Shown: positions 30,712 through 41,133, counted from the stretch's first letter. The stretch is DNA of 64,000 nt from a virus (IMGVR_UViG_3300028603_000022:64001-128000); one strand, 5' to 3'. The notes: a model not told the origin generated them from the sequence alone. Numbers and translations are program-made.

Positions 30712-30986
30712 GTTTCTCCTGTTTTAATATTGGAACCCTCGCTAATAGTATACATAGGAGGATTCCAATTGTTATTCCAATTGTATGACGAAAAAACAGG
30801 TTCAAAGTCAGGGGCGGACCCATCTACAACTTCGATATTACGCCATTCTCTATAAACCGTATAGGCGTTGGTATGAGAATCTCGCCTATCTACTTCAATA
30901 CATTCTTGAACTATTCCATTCTTCATCCTTAAATTACCAGTACGCTTCTCTGAAATCACCATGCTCGGTGAATATTCAACAATCAT
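30708..30986 (-). CDS. Hypothetical protein
   Basis: Coupled ORF (ATGA overlaps on both sides). Confidence 0.5.
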   Translation of the reverse strand: MIVEYSPSMVISEKRTGNLRMKNGIVQECIEVDRRDSHTNAYTVYREWRNIEVVDGSAPDFEPVFSSYNWNNNWNPPMYTISEGSNIKTGET

Positions 30987-31525
30987 CGGTATATCCTCAC
31001 AATTTCGTCAAACCGATCAAACAAATCCGGTAGTGTACCATTGTTTTCTATAAGCATATCTGGAGTTATTTGTTCAACAGCCCTACTTGAGTGTGTACCT
31101 ATTTTAGCTTCTTTTCTTGTTAAACGCACAATTAAACTGTTTTCATACGATCTTACCACTTCTTCCTCGTAAACCAAGGATTCTATGACAATATCACAGG
31201 CTCCAGAAAACCGGCGTGAAACTCTCTCAATTTCAGACCCTAGAGTCCAGCCTAGACCCAATGTAGGCAGGTATTTACCCAGCTCTTCCATGAAATACCT
31301 AGAAGACTGGTTATAGGGTAAGTCTTCCATGGGTACATCTTTTAGGTCTCCATTTACCATTCTTTCAGCGGTTTCTTCATCAAATCCATGATATACGTAG
31401 TAGGCTTTACACATAGCTTTACCGCCATCGAAAGGATGAACTTTAACAAAGCCATGTCTTTCAACTAGATACCTAGTTACTTCACTTTTTCCTACACACC
31501 GATCACCTGTCATAGCTATAATCAT
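30983..31525 (-). CDS. Deoxynucleoside monophosphate kinase (T4 gp1-like)
   Basis: IIAMTGDRCVGKS; R.FMEELG; HSS..IENNGTL. Confidence 0.8.
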   Translation of the reverse strand: MIIAMTGDRCVGKSEVTRYLVERHGFVKVHPFDGGKAMCKAYYVYHGFDEETAERMVNGDLKDVPMEDLPYNQSSRYFMEELGKYLPTLGLGWTLGSEIERVSRRFSGACDIVIESLVYEEEVVRSYENSLIVRLTRKEAKIGTHSSRAVEQITPDMLIENNGTLPDLFDRFDEIVRIYR

Positions 31526-31585
31526 GACTTGTAATCCTTCATGTTATTAGTTAGTTCTGATTTTATCATACCAGAATTAATAGAA

Positions 31586-32611
31586 TCAGCTAACTTTCCA
31601 AGCCGTAGTGAGACCTTGTACAGAGTAAGACTTACTGTCAACATAATCAGAGCGAGAAAACCTTTTAAGGTCAAAAACATGTCTATATCCTTTGTCGTAA
31701 GCTTTTTGTAAAGAAGCAAACCCTGGCTTCAAGTTAGCTTCCAAACAATACACTCCCCTATTAGTTACAGCTATGTCCCAGCCTATTAAAGAGGTTTCCA
31801 AGTTAAGTCTATTATGTAATGTGCTAACCCATCTGTAAATTTCTTCGTCGAACCCTTCTCCTACAGGTATTTTACTACCATAAATATCATGGCCATTCAA
31901 AGATGAATAAGACTTAGAGTTTAACCCGTCATTAGTTTGAGCATGAATAAGAGACCAATCGTGTGTATCCACAGATACAAGGTAATTGCCTGGGTTAGAC
32001 GTGTAATCTACCACATTTCCTTTACCCACAAACTTGGTGAAAGCGCCTATTATTTCAATGGTATCTGGTTCTCTAACAAGCGTAATAACACGAAGGGCTC
32101 CTATAGCTCCGGATTCAGTAAACTTATCTATTTCAGGATGAGGTTTTAAAGCCTCTTGATATACGTACCCTTTAGAATACACCCTTAGTAAGATACTATA
32201 TATGTCACTTACAGTCATTGTATCAGGTAAAACAAACCCACCTTTACCACCCCAGCCAGCAACTGGTTTGAAAAATACATTTTTCTGATAAATGTCTTCA
32301 GCCTGGTTTACAAGATTTTTAGCAGTAAGTAGCGTTGTATGCGGTATAGGTAGATCAAGAAATTTATGATAAAACTTCCATTTATTGTTAATGTATGGCT
32401 CAATTTCTTTATTGGTGTTGTACTTATCCCAAATATGCTTGGATTTGAATAGACCTATATAATCAGATGGGTTATCTTTATTAAACAGCTCAAAATCAAA
32501 ATATTCGTTTGGTAAAATTCTGTTTTTCAGCCACAACTTCCACATATGGCTTAGTTGCGTAAAAGTAGGTACTCCATGCTTATTCTCTACATGAAGAAAC
32601 TTGTTTATCAT
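31586..32611 (-). CDS. ATP-grasp enzyme (sugar-transfer-associated ATP-grasp type)
   Basis: EYFDFELF, NKWKFY, FFKPVAGWGGKG, YQE...HP, LRVITL, IGWDIAVT..LEAN..PG. Confidence 0.8.
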   Translation of the reverse strand: MINKFLHVENKHGVPTFTQLSHMWKLWLKNRILPNEYFDFELFNKDNPSDYIGLFKSKHIWDKYNTNKEIEPYINNKWKFYHKFLDLPIPHTTLLTAKNLVNQAEDIYQKNVFFKPVAGWGGKGGFVLPDTMTVSDIYSILLRVYSKGYVYQEALKPHPEIDKFTESGAIGALRVITLVREPDTIEIIGAFTKFVGKGNVVDYTSNPGNYLVSVDTHDWSLIHAQTNDGLNSKSYSSLNGHDIYGSKIPVGEGFDEEIYRWVSTLHNRLNLETSLIGWDIAVTNRGVYCLEANLKPGFASLQKAYDKGYRHVFDLKRFSRSDYVDSKSYSVQGLTTAWKVS

Positions 32612-32612
32612 T

Positions 32613-35474
32613 TTATTCGACCTGATTTTTGAACATGTTAAGACCTTCAAAAACTTCATTTATAGAGTTATGACCTACTGCCATCTTGTATGGGTTGCTT
32701 CTTAACTCCCTTTCTCGTATTTTAAGCATGAACTTAGCATCGTCTAATACTTTCTTTATAGATTTAGGTGATTTTTCTAGTCTTTGGCCCTCTTTTTCCA
32801 GCATAGAAATAAGTGTTTCCGGTCTAAAGTCCCATTCATTTAGGCTTGCCCAGTTAGACCCAAACTCTAAACCGTAAGACAGAGGTATAGAGATTTCAAA
32901 ATCGAATTTTTCTTTATAATACTCCATAGGTAGTGTAGACATGGCGTGTTCTGTTAGATATATAGCAAATGGAGTGTGTTCGTATAAGCAATCACTATAG
33001 CCAGCATCATGAACGATGTTTGTATGATGGCTATCTAGATAATACCCCTTTTTAGTAATATTCTCAAATACCCATTTTTTGTTAGTATAAACAGATGCTA
33101 TACCTATATCACTGGAAAAACCTTGTACAGGGCTATTAACAGCTCGCCTGTCCATAGCCCTTTCTACCCATATGTCATCATGTAGATACGCCCACAAGTG
33201 TCTAATACGATGATTCGGGTAATGAATCATAAAGGTTTCTTTACCTGTTTTATGGCAATGTGTTATCCATTCAGCTACACTACCCCAGCGTTCAAATAGT
33301 ATATCTATAAGCTCTTGAGCTTCAGATTCTTCGATGCCAAGGTCTCTAGCAAGAGCTTTCGCCAATTTTCCGTAGAGCGTGCCGAAGACAATTTGCTTGA
33401 TATTTTGTCTAAGTGGATGCTTTTTATCAACGTCTTTTTTAAAGAAAAAGCGTACGTTGATAATATGAATATCGCCTTCACGTTCTAGTATCTTTTTGGC
33501 TTCTTCCAATTTATCTAAAGGAGCCAATCTGTATTTATGAATCGCGTTATTAGCTAAGACAAAAGTCTTTTTAACCATCTTATCTTTAGTAATGACGCCA
33601 GTCACTCGTATTTCATGGGCGGAGAAATCGGTCCCTATCATAGTTCGACCTAATTTAACCGAAAAATTACCCTTAATACCTTTAATAAGGTCTTTATGCA
33701 GCTCAAACTCTTTATCAGCGTGAGTTGCAATATTCTGTGAATTAGGTCTAACTACAGAAATTCTTCCTGGCAAGACCTTAGTAAATCCGAAGAAAGGCCT
33801 CAGCCTTCCATCACCTTGGAAGTCTTTATCCTCTTTGTATCTTTTGATAATACCTTCTGCGAAGGTGGATTTCAAAATCTTAGTTTTGTTAAAATGTGAA
33901 AATAATTTAACTTCTTCTATATGCTTATACGTTTTTTGGAAACCCTTATCAGTAGAAGGTTCACCCGATTTACCAGTTTTTGTAGGTTCAAGTCTCATTA
34001 CATCGAAGAACAATGTTCTAAGGTGAGCTGGCTTAGTTAGAGATAGAACATCGGCTTTTTGTGAAGAAAACATACCTCCAGATGGACTAATACCCATCTG
34101 TTTCATAATACGCTTATTGGCTTTCTGACCATTCTTAGTGGATAGGATGGTGTTCTTGATATCCTCAACAGTTTTATCGAAGATAGAGCCCGGTTTAGTT
34201 AGCTCTTTAGCATTACTCAGATCAATATAAATACCCGTATCCATAAGCATAGAGAAAGTAGAAATCATCATACCTAGTTGATGAATAACTAGTCTCTTGT
34301 ACTCTTTCTTAGACTTATATCCTATAAATTTCTCTGTACATTGCTCTATTTGTCGTTTTCTTATCTCTAACAGATGTACTACATCGATCGCGCCGTACTC
34401 GGCTATCTCATCTAACGAGAATTTAGCCATATTGGCACGGTCTTCTTTACCAATAACTATACCTTCATCACGGAATATTCCATACCTAGCTTCTACAGAC
34501 TCCAAACCATATGGCTTGTATTGACCACCATTAGGTAAATCAATAATTTTCTCAAGAGCTTTATGATTTTCATCAGCACAAAATTCCGCGGCGATTGTAT
34601 CCCAAACTTTACAAGGGTAGAAAGGAAGGTCTAGAGCTACACTAATTTGACCTATATCAAATTGACCGAAATGGAAAATCGTCTCTACATCGTCTCTACT
34701 AAAATAACTATATAACTTCTTCTTTATATATGATAGTTCTTTATTAGACCAAGTATGATCTTTCTGCTTCCAAGGAAGGATATAGGCTACCTTCTTATCA
34801 TCTATTTCCAACCCAAATTGCATAGTATATAGCGTATTTTGAATACGGTTAAGGTTAGCTGTTTCTACGTCTACAGCTACCAGTTTAGTCTTATCGAGTA
34901 TCTTGAAAAACTTATTGAACTGTTCAATAGTTTTGATAATACGCAGTTTAAATTTCAGATCTTTTTTAGTAATAGGAGAGAAATAATTAGAACCTCTAAA
35001 AGCACATTGAATATGCTTTAAATTAAATCCTATAAGAGACTTACCGGACTCACCTTTTTCAAAACCCTCTGTTTTAGACCATGCTGCAAAAGGCGTTGAC
35101 AGAATGGTGGGTAATCCATTCCATTCTCTTACGTAGCCAAAATACTCTAATGGGTTGAGATTAAGCCGGTTAAACGGAATTTGATTAACAAATATAACAC
35201 CATCTGGTTCAATGTTGTCTATAATACGACGAATACCGGATTCATTAGTAGAACCCAGCTCCATATACACAAAACGAGCGTTTTTACGCTCGGCTTTACA
35301 CACTTCATAGCATAGATTAGCAAATGTAGACCTATGGATATCGTGATTCAAATTGAACCAATTATCCAGCAACAATATAGTCTTCTTGGGCGTTTCTCCA
35401 AATTGAACTGTGTATTGTTTAAGCTGTCTACCATCAACTTTTACTATTTTGTTGCTAATCTTAGGAGATTTCAT
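32613..35474 (-). CDS. polA: DNA polymerase family A with 3'-5' exonuclease
   Basis: ExoI VAVDVET, ExoII HFGQFD, ExoIII YGAIDV; motif A DFSAHEIR, motif B RQNIKQIVFGTLYG, motif C IVHDA. Confidence 0.95.
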   Translation of the reverse strand: MKSPKISNKIVKVDGRQLKQYTVQFGETPKKTILLLDNWFNLNHDIHRSTFANLCYEVCKAERKNARFVYMELGSTNESGIRRIIDNIEPDGVIFVNQIPFNRLNLNPLEYFGYVREWNGLPTILSTPFAAWSKTEGFEKGESGKSLIGFNLKHIQCAFRGSNYFSPITKKDLKFKLRIIKTIEQFNKFFKILDKTKLVAVDVETANLNRIQNTLYTMQFGLEIDDKKVAYILPWKQKDHTWSNKELSYIKKKLYSYFSRDDVETIFHFGQFDIGQISVALDLPFYPCKVWDTIAAEFCADENHKALEKIIDLPNGGQYKPYGLESVEARYGIFRDEGIVIGKEDRANMAKFSLDEIAEYGAIDVVHLLEIRKRQIEQCTEKFIGYKSKKEYKRLVIHQLGMMISTFSMLMDTGIYIDLSNAKELTKPGSIFDKTVEDIKNTILSTKNGQKANKRIMKQMGISPSGGMFSSQKADVLSLTKPAHLRTLFFDVMRLEPTKTGKSGEPSTDKGFQKTYKHIEEVKLFSHFNKTKILKSTFAEGIIKRYKEDKDFQGDGRLRPFFGFTKVLPGRISVVRPNSQNIATHADKEFELHKDLIKGIKGNFSVKLGRTMIGTDFSAHEIRVTGVITKDKMVKKTFVLANNAIHKYRLAPLDKLEEAKKILEREGDIHIINVRFFFKKDVDKKHPLRQNIKQIVFGTLYGKLAKALARDLGIEESEAQELIDILFERWGSVAEWITHCHKTGKETFMIHYPNHRIRHLWAYLHDDIWVERAMDRRAVNSPVQGFSSDIGIASVYTNKKWVFENITKKGYYLDSHHTNIVHDAGYSDCLYEHTPFAIYLTEHAMSTLPMEYYKEKFDFEISIPLSYGLEFGSNWASLNEWDFRPETLISMLEKEGQRLEKSPKSIKKVLDDAKFMLKIRERELRSNPYKMAVGHNSINEVFEGLNMFKNQVE

Positions 35475-35938
35475 GACTTCATGTATCTTTCGGCTTCTAA
35501 CAAGCTATCAGTAACAGTCAATACGTCTTTATAGAGATTGCGCACCACGTATAGATCATCTTTAACACCACCCTCTATACTATCATTTACGATTAGAACA
35601 TCGTCTCTAGTCATACGCCCGGATACTATTTCATACGGTTCATTAGAAAGATTAGCGGGTGCTCTATACCAATATTGACTTATAAATGATCCCCCTTCAG
35701 GACGAAATCCAAACTCTTTCAAAAGAGCTTGAAGTTTCTTATTATCCTGCATTACAACATAAGGTACAGCGTATTTAACTCTAGATTTATCGCAATCCTT
35801 TATAACTTCACGCAGTAAAAGAGAAAAGGCATTCAAATCCCTGAATTTAGTGAGGTATAGCTGCGCAGATCCAGTAGAATGTATATGATTTAATATCGTA
35901 GCTGATTTATTCTTATTTACATAAAATCCTTTAATCAT
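35471..35938 (-). CDS. Hypothetical protein
   Basis: Coupled to polA; weak GNAT-like LLKEFGF. Confidence 0.5.
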   Translation of the reverse strand: MIKGFYVNKNKSATILNHIHSTGSAQLYLTKFRDLNAFSLLLREVIKDCDKSRVKYAVPYVVMQDNKKLQALLKEFGFRPEGGSFISQYWYRAPANLSNEPYEIVSGRMTRDDVLIVNDSIEGGVKDDLYVVRNLYKDVLTVTDSLLEAERYMKS

Positions 35939-36363
35939 GTTTTCTGCTCCGATGCAATACTTCTACAAAATATTTCACTGGATTGATTCTTGTTAGACAC
36001 TACCACAAAATCTTCAAAAGTATACCTTGTGGCAACACCTTCGGTATCTGCTTTATCATCCCATTTTTTACGATTTCTTATTAGCAAACCATTGTTAAGA
36101 ATGGAAAAGTAGGGGGCCTTTATGTTTATTACATAAAGGATAACAAAGCCATTAGATGAAACCACGTTTATTGTGTAGTTCCGCTCTTCTACTGTATCAA
36201 GATTGAAGTAAGTAGCGTTGTTAACTCTTGACCTATCGGGGATGAATAATATAGGATGTTCAATACCTATATTGATAGATAAGGGCACAAAAGTTTTCTC
36301 TGGATGCTTAATTATGTTGGGTTTTTCTAGGAAAAGCTTATTCAACTCCATGGAATTACCCAA
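35935..36363 (-). CDS. Hypothetical protein
   Basis: Coupled ORF. Confidence 0.5.
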   Translation of the reverse strand: MGNSMELNKLFLEKPNIIKHPEKTFVPLSINIGIEHPILFIPDRSRVNNATYFNLDTVEERNYTINVVSSNGFVILYVINIKAPYFSILNNGLLIRNRKKWDDKADTEGVATRYTFEDFVVVSNKNQSSEIFCRSIASEQKT

Positions 36364-37459
36364 TCGCAGTTAATGCAGCGGTGATCTTGATATCTTTAGA
36401 AGAAGACTCCATAAGTAGCATATTTTGCATAACAGATACGCTTATATTCTTTTCTTTCATTGAAGAAATACAATCTTTCAGATGATGGATAGCTACCTTA
36501 ACCTTTGTAGGTTTACCTTTAAAAGAAATAGGTTTAATAGCTGCCTTAGCATTACCAGTGCTTGTATTACTGGATACTAGACAGGATTTCTCTGACATAT
36601 CGAAGGTGAGCACTTCTGTTTCAGAAATAGCTCCTGTCAGAGTGTCAATAACAGACTTTAGTTTATCAGTGTTAACAACCATTTTGGTTGAACGCTTACC
36701 ACTCTCAATAACTGATCTAGCCATGTCCGCAAGGAACATATTCTCTGTTTTATTAGAGATAGCTAGGTAATCAGTATTGGAATAAGCATAAAACCTGTCA
36801 TCTGTAGCTGCAAATGTACTACCTACAGACATGATATTCTGAATATTAGGTAATGTAGTAGTCAATTGGTTGGAAGACTTAACTTTTACATCAGCGTCTA
36901 CTACAATAGCGTGGTGCGTATCTCCAATAGACAATTCCATCTTATTGGAGCCCCATCCAATGATAACACCTAAAGCCTGACTATCTGTACGATTACGCAT
37001 ACCCGATACTAGAGACAGCACTTCATTAGCTGTTTTAGCTACACTAGAAATATTCTCTGAATCCTTGAACTCTCTACGCTCAACTAATTCTGGATTACCT
37101 ACATAGAAAATAGAAGCGTTAAACCCTTTGGAAGATACGATCATTCTATCTTCTTTAGGGGATAGACTTAATTCTTTATACGCCTTAGTGTATGATAAAA
37201 GAACTTCTGGAATAATGCTTACTTCTAAATCCTTTTTTGATCCATAAACTACCTCAACAGGTAGCTCTGTCTTATATTCAGCTATGGAGTTCATAGCTTC
37301 AATAGACATACCTTTCTTTGAGAAAATAAGAGTAACTACGTTTGTATCAGACCGCTCTCCAAGAGATATAATAGACAGACATTTAGATATAGCTGTACTT
37401 AATACCTTGGAGTCTATCTTGTATTGGTACTGTGATTTTTCGCTCATGTTGTTTTTCAC
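36356..37459 (-). CDS. Putative sliding clamp (DNA pol III beta-like)
   Basis: 367 aa; three repeated beta-alpha domains; GDTHH at the ATDGHR position; position in replication operon. Confidence 0.55.
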   Translation of the reverse strand: MKNNMSEKSQYQYKIDSKVLSTAISKCLSIISLGERSDTNVVTLIFSKKGMSIEAMNSIAEYKTELPVEVVYGSKKDLEVSIIPEVLLSYTKAYKELSLSPKEDRMIVSSKGFNASIFYVGNPELVERREFKDSENISSVAKTANEVLSLVSGMRNRTDSQALGVIIGWGSNKMELSIGDTHHAIVVDADVKVKSSNQLTTTLPNIQNIMSVGSTFAATDDRFYAYSNTDYLAISNKTENMFLADMARSVIESGKRSTKMVVNTDKLKSVIDTLTGAISETEVLTFDMSEKSCLVSSNTSTGNAKAAIKPISFKGKPTKVKVAIHHLKDCISSMKEKNISVSVMQNMLLMESSSKDIKITAALTAIG

Positions 37460-37465
37460 TTTGTT

Positions 37466-38068
37466 TTAAATACGTGTTTTTGAGATTATAAATCTCATAT
37501 TCTGGAATTTTTCTGAATCACCCCAAGCTTCACTAGAAACTCTATCAAGAAAATCTTGAACGGTTTCGTTGATTTCAGGTAAAAATACATCCTTAGTTTT
37601 AAGATTTAGTAATCCATAATAGTGCTTGCGTCTTTCTGCCCTCGCTAACAATGATTCCCAAAATCTTTTACCATCCGGCGTATGGTATTCATCTGACATT
37701 ATAGAACCAAATTTTGGTATCAGAATTTCAAATACAACTCTTTCAGTTATGCCCTGAGCAAATAGGTTAGTATGCCATCGCCAAATCTGTGTTTGTGTTA
37801 TAGGTTTACCTATAAATGAAGATGCGCGTTCATAATGTACTAAATAGTACAGCAACCCCATCTTTTTATCGAATCCCGCATACCAGCCTTCACGATTGTT
37901 GCCTACTCTATAAAATAGATTTCGTTCATCCTCAATAAGAATTTCTGATAATTTTGGGAATAGAGCGTTATGTTTTCTACGATTAGCTGCTCGATCGTCT
38001 AACATAAAATCTGTAGACGGAACCATTTCTGGCATAGCTTTTTCCATAGTTAAATCTCCTAGTAACAC
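37466..38068 (-). CDS. GNAT-fold-like protein, paralog of 59703..60335
   Basis: QTQIWR..GI..IMSDEYHTPDGKRFW. Confidence 0.5.
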   Translation of the reverse strand: MLLGDLTMEKAMPEMVPSTDFMLDDRAANRRKHNALFPKLSEILIEDERNLFYRVGNNREGWYAGFDKKMGLLYYLVHYERASSFIGKPITQTQIWRWHTNLFAQGITERVVFEILIPKFGSIMSDEYHTPDGKRFWESLLARAERRKHYYGLLNLKTKDVFLPEINETVQDFLDRVSSEAWGDSEKFQNMRFIISKTRI

Positions 38069-38613
38069 GTAATGAACAATTTTGTTCGATTAGTGTCTAT
38101 ATTTTCTGATTTCATTTCTTCTGGTAGATAGGTATCAGCTGGACCGTCATACGGTATTTCAAACATATGTAGTTCATCTATATAAGGTAGCCATTTCTTA
38201 TATGTTTTAGCTCCTCCAGCTACCCATACTACATCTTTACCCTCGTCTCTTTCAAACCTCTTTAAAGCAATATATTTAGGAATCCAGAAATCCCAAGGAA
38301 TTTCCTCGTTTCTTTTGGAATCCTCATTGTAAAATAACGTATCAGCCCCATCTATTAGAAATCTTCTATTACAAGTTCTGTCCAAATGGCTTACAGATGG
38401 CCATGTGTTCCTGCCAACCACTACAATGCAATCGGTAGTTAGTTTTCTGAAATTAATTAAATCCTTAACAGTAATTTCTGTGAGTTCAGGAATATCCTTC
38501 CAAGGAAGATTTCCGTTTAGACCAATTTGACCATCCCGGCCTACTGCTACGATAGACTTAACTACTATACCCTTAGTCAATTCATTCATATGCCCAATAT
38601 CGATCATAGCCAT
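38059..38613 (-). CDS. folA: Dihydrofolate reductase
   Basis: IVAVGRDGQIGLNGNLPW, DL.NFRKLT, VVGRNTW.S, WVAGGAKTY, ADTYLP. Confidence 0.92.
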   Translation of the reverse strand: MAMIDIGHMNELTKGIVVKSIVAVGRDGQIGLNGNLPWKDIPELTEITVKDLINFRKLTTDCIVVVGRNTWPSVSHLDRTCNRRFLIDGADTLFYNEDSKRNEEIPWDFWIPKYIALKRFERDEGKDVVWVAGGAKTYKKWLPYIDELHMFEIPYDGPADTYLPEEMKSENIDTNRTKLFITCY

Positions 38614-38653
38614 TGCCTTTTATTATAGACCAATACCAACATCGATAACATTC

Positions 38654-38881
38654 TCATTTGTTTAATCTCTCTACGTAGAGGGCGTTGCCTATTAAAGCAC
38701 CTAAAACAACTAGAATTAATAGCAAACTCATAATCATTGGTATTGCGTCACCGGGTATTTCTATATACGTAGACATAAATTTATATACCCAAGCAATTAC
38801 TTCTATACCAGACCATATTACAATAACTACAACGACGGGGAATAATATTCCCCCTATAAACATGTATAGGAAGCGTTTCAT
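38654..38881 (-). CDS. Small membrane protein (2 TM)
   Basis: Two hydrophobic segments; RBS present. Confidence 0.55.
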   Translation of the reverse strand: MKRFLYMFIGGILFPVVVVIVIWSGIEVIAWVYKFMSTYIEIPGDAIPMIMSLLLILVVLGALIGNALYVERLNK

Positions 38882-38895
38882 AGTAATCTACCTTT

Positions 38896-39768
38896 TCAAT
38901 AAAACACTACAGAAGATTTTCTCACGTAGTGCCTAACAAGCTTCTCTGAACCTTCTTCATTTATAGGCTTAGAACAAAATACAATTGGAAGGAATATACT
39001 TCCTTTTTTATCAGACCGCCAAAAATTCTCAAATACAGACCATTCTTTGCTATTGATACTGATTCTCTTTTCCTTATTATCTCGAATAGCTTCAATATCG
39101 AAAGAAGGGCGTATATTATACTTAAACTCTTTACAAAGCTTCATTACCCAATAGAAACTCTGGTTATCAGCTATTACACCGATTTTATCGTGTAGTTTGG
39201 GAAACTTGTTTAGTACCTTAACGGCTGATTCTAAATTACCAGGCAAAGAAGACGAGTGAACAAACATTCTATATGATACAGATACATTTTTATTAGATTT
39301 AGGATAACCCAACGCGTCCCAAAGCTTTAATAGGATTTTAGCTATGTAAGAATCCAGTTGTATTTCTTTAGGTAGGCAGATAACAAATCTGATAGAGGCG
39401 TTTCTACAGACAGACCCTAATTGCTTTAATTCTGTTTGTAAAGCTTTGAAGATTTTTTGGTAGTTGTCTTTCCAGGCTTTATCACACAAAACATTGGGTA
39501 AAAGGTCGTCTAAATAGACAGCTTCAATTCGTCTATAGACCTTATCAAAATGAGACGTATCAGGGTACTCAATACCCATTATTGGCTTTGATATCATACG
39601 CCAAATAGAGGAATATACCGAAAATATATTCCTCTTACAAGCTTTAATGATAGTATCCAATTCGTTATCAAAGACTGGATAAGCAAAATAATCTAAAAAA
39701 TCCTCGTCTTTAAGCTTCCTGTAACCACACTTGGTATAGTCTACTAGACCAAACTTTCCATAGTACAT
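38896..39768 (-). CDS. Divergent UV-damage endonuclease (UvsE-like) TIM barrel
   Basis: LKQLG..CRNASIRF resembles UvsE; catalytic His residues not evident, so possibly inactive. Confidence 0.4.
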   Translation of the reverse strand: MYYGKFGLVDYTKCGYRKLKDEDFLDYFAYPVFDNELDTIIKACKRNIFSVYSSIWRMISKPIMGIEYPDTSHFDKVYRRIEAVYLDDLLPNVLCDKAWKDNYQKIFKALQTELKQLGSVCRNASIRFVICLPKEIQLDSYIAKILLKLWDALGYPKSNKNVSVSYRMFVHSSSLPGNLESAVKVLNKFPKLHDKIGVIADNQSFYWVMKLCKEFKYNIRPSFDIEAIRDNKEKRISINSKEWSVFENFWRSDKKGSIFLPIVFCSKPINEEGSEKLVRHYVRKSSVVFY

Positions 39769-39815
39769 GATGGTATTCCTGTCTTTGTTTCTATTTTACC
39801 ATGAACTACAAAAAC

Positions 39816-39841
39816 AAAAGGGCTGGAAATCCAGCCCTTTA
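39816..39841. terminator. Intrinsic terminator (U-tract on - strand)
   Basis: aaagggctgg-aaat-ccagcccttt hairpin. Confidence 0.75.
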
Positions 39842-39862
39842 ATTATATTCAAAAAATGTATG

Positions 39863-40234
39863 TTACGCCTTAAATCTATACAACCCCACATAGCATACAA
39901 CAGATGGAAATCCTAGATTTTTAAACGCCATTAATCTATGTGTACCATCTATAACTGATTTACGAACTTTGTCATATACAATCGGTCTAGGAAATTCACC
40001 TTTTTGAATACGCTTCTCATATTTCTTTACTTTGTCCTCGTCGATATACCATTGAATCTGCAATTTATTCGTAGGTAGCTTCATCTTTTGGTATTCTGTA
40101 AATTTGTATAATCTGTCTTCTATGTCTCCTTCTTCAAAATCCCTAAGATGGTCATGGATAATATCTTCACGTATCTCATACGGGGTTATAGAGGCTGGGA
40201 ATTTGTTAAACCATTCGTTTATGTATCGGTTCAT
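39863..40234 (-). CDS. ParB/sulfiredoxin N-terminal-like protein
   Basis: PIVY..VIDGTHRLMA. Confidence 0.75.
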   Translation of the reverse strand: MNRYINEWFNKFPASITPYEIREDIIHDHLRDFEEGDIEDRLYKFTEYQKMKLPTNKLQIQWYIDEDKVKKYEKRIQKGEFPRPIVYDKVRKSVIDGTHRLMAFKNLGFPSVVCYVGLYRFKA

Positions 40235-41133
40235 GACAGTTTAAGCGCTTTCGTAGGTCCAACAAATTTACTAACTTTTAGACCATTAGCTTTCATAGAA
40301 TCTATGATCTCTTTCATATCTGCATTGAATACTTTACTTAACAGATACGCATAAACTCCTGCATACTCTGGACCATGGGAAGCAATATTCTTATACCGGA
40401 AATAACATACTAGATGCGCTATTTCATGAACCAATGTGTTAAGGGAAGAATCATGTATATTCAAGATAGCGAAATTCGGATCATTTGAAGATATATCGTC
40501 CTTAATAACCCTACACGCTCCCAATCTTTTAGCACTTCTGGTTGTCTGGTTAGTGACGTGAACCTTATCCATAGGTAGGTTGAAGAACGCTATAATCTTC
40601 TTAGCATAAGAGTTCAATTTACCTAGTGAAATAGCTTTTTCACCGGCTTTACCAGTGAATGCTACAAGTGAATGACCTTCCCATCTATACAAACTATTAA
40701 CCTGGCTGTCCCGTTGTTTAACGGAGTTAGCTAGATATTTCTTCAATGTTTCCCGCTTTAGAGAATCCACAAGGTTCATGTCATTGAAAGCTACGGATAC
40801 AACGGGGACGAACTTCTTTTGTTCACCCTTTCCTTTGTTTACAGATAAAACTGCTATTAAAGGATGCGTCTTTAGAACCTTTTTTATTTCGTCTATGCTT
40901 ATTGATTTAGCGTGTAGATCGTATTCCATACCACCGCTAGATACGGAACCTACAAAGAGAGCCGCGTTCCCCTCTACACGATAAATTTTTGCTAGATCAG
41001 TCTTAGTAAACTGAAAAATGGATAGCTGATAACTTTTTTCTTTATATTTAAGTCGATAGAAGCTTTCAGGCTTCTTAGTCCTAATCATCTGATAAACGAT
41101 TGATGTAGGTAGATATTTTGTTTTATCAGACAT
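40231..41133 (-). CDS. Zincin/SprT-like metalloprotease domain protein
   Basis: RLGAC..TLVHEIAH..HGPEY. Confidence 0.7.
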   Translation of the reverse strand: MSDKTKYLPTSIVYQMIRTKKPESFYRLKYKEKSYQLSIFQFTKTDLAKIYRVEGNAALFVGSVSSGGMEYDLHAKSISIDEIKKVLKTHPLIAVLSVNKGKGEQKKFVPVVSVAFNDMNLVDSLKRETLKKYLANSVKQRDSQVNSLYRWEGHSLVAFTGKAGEKAISLGKLNSYAKKIIAFFNLPMDKVHVTNQTTRSAKRLGACRVIKDDISSNDPNFAILNIHDSSLNTLVHEIAHLVCYFRYKNIASHGPEYAGVYAYLLSKVFNADMKEIIDSMKANGLKVSKFVGPTKALKLS

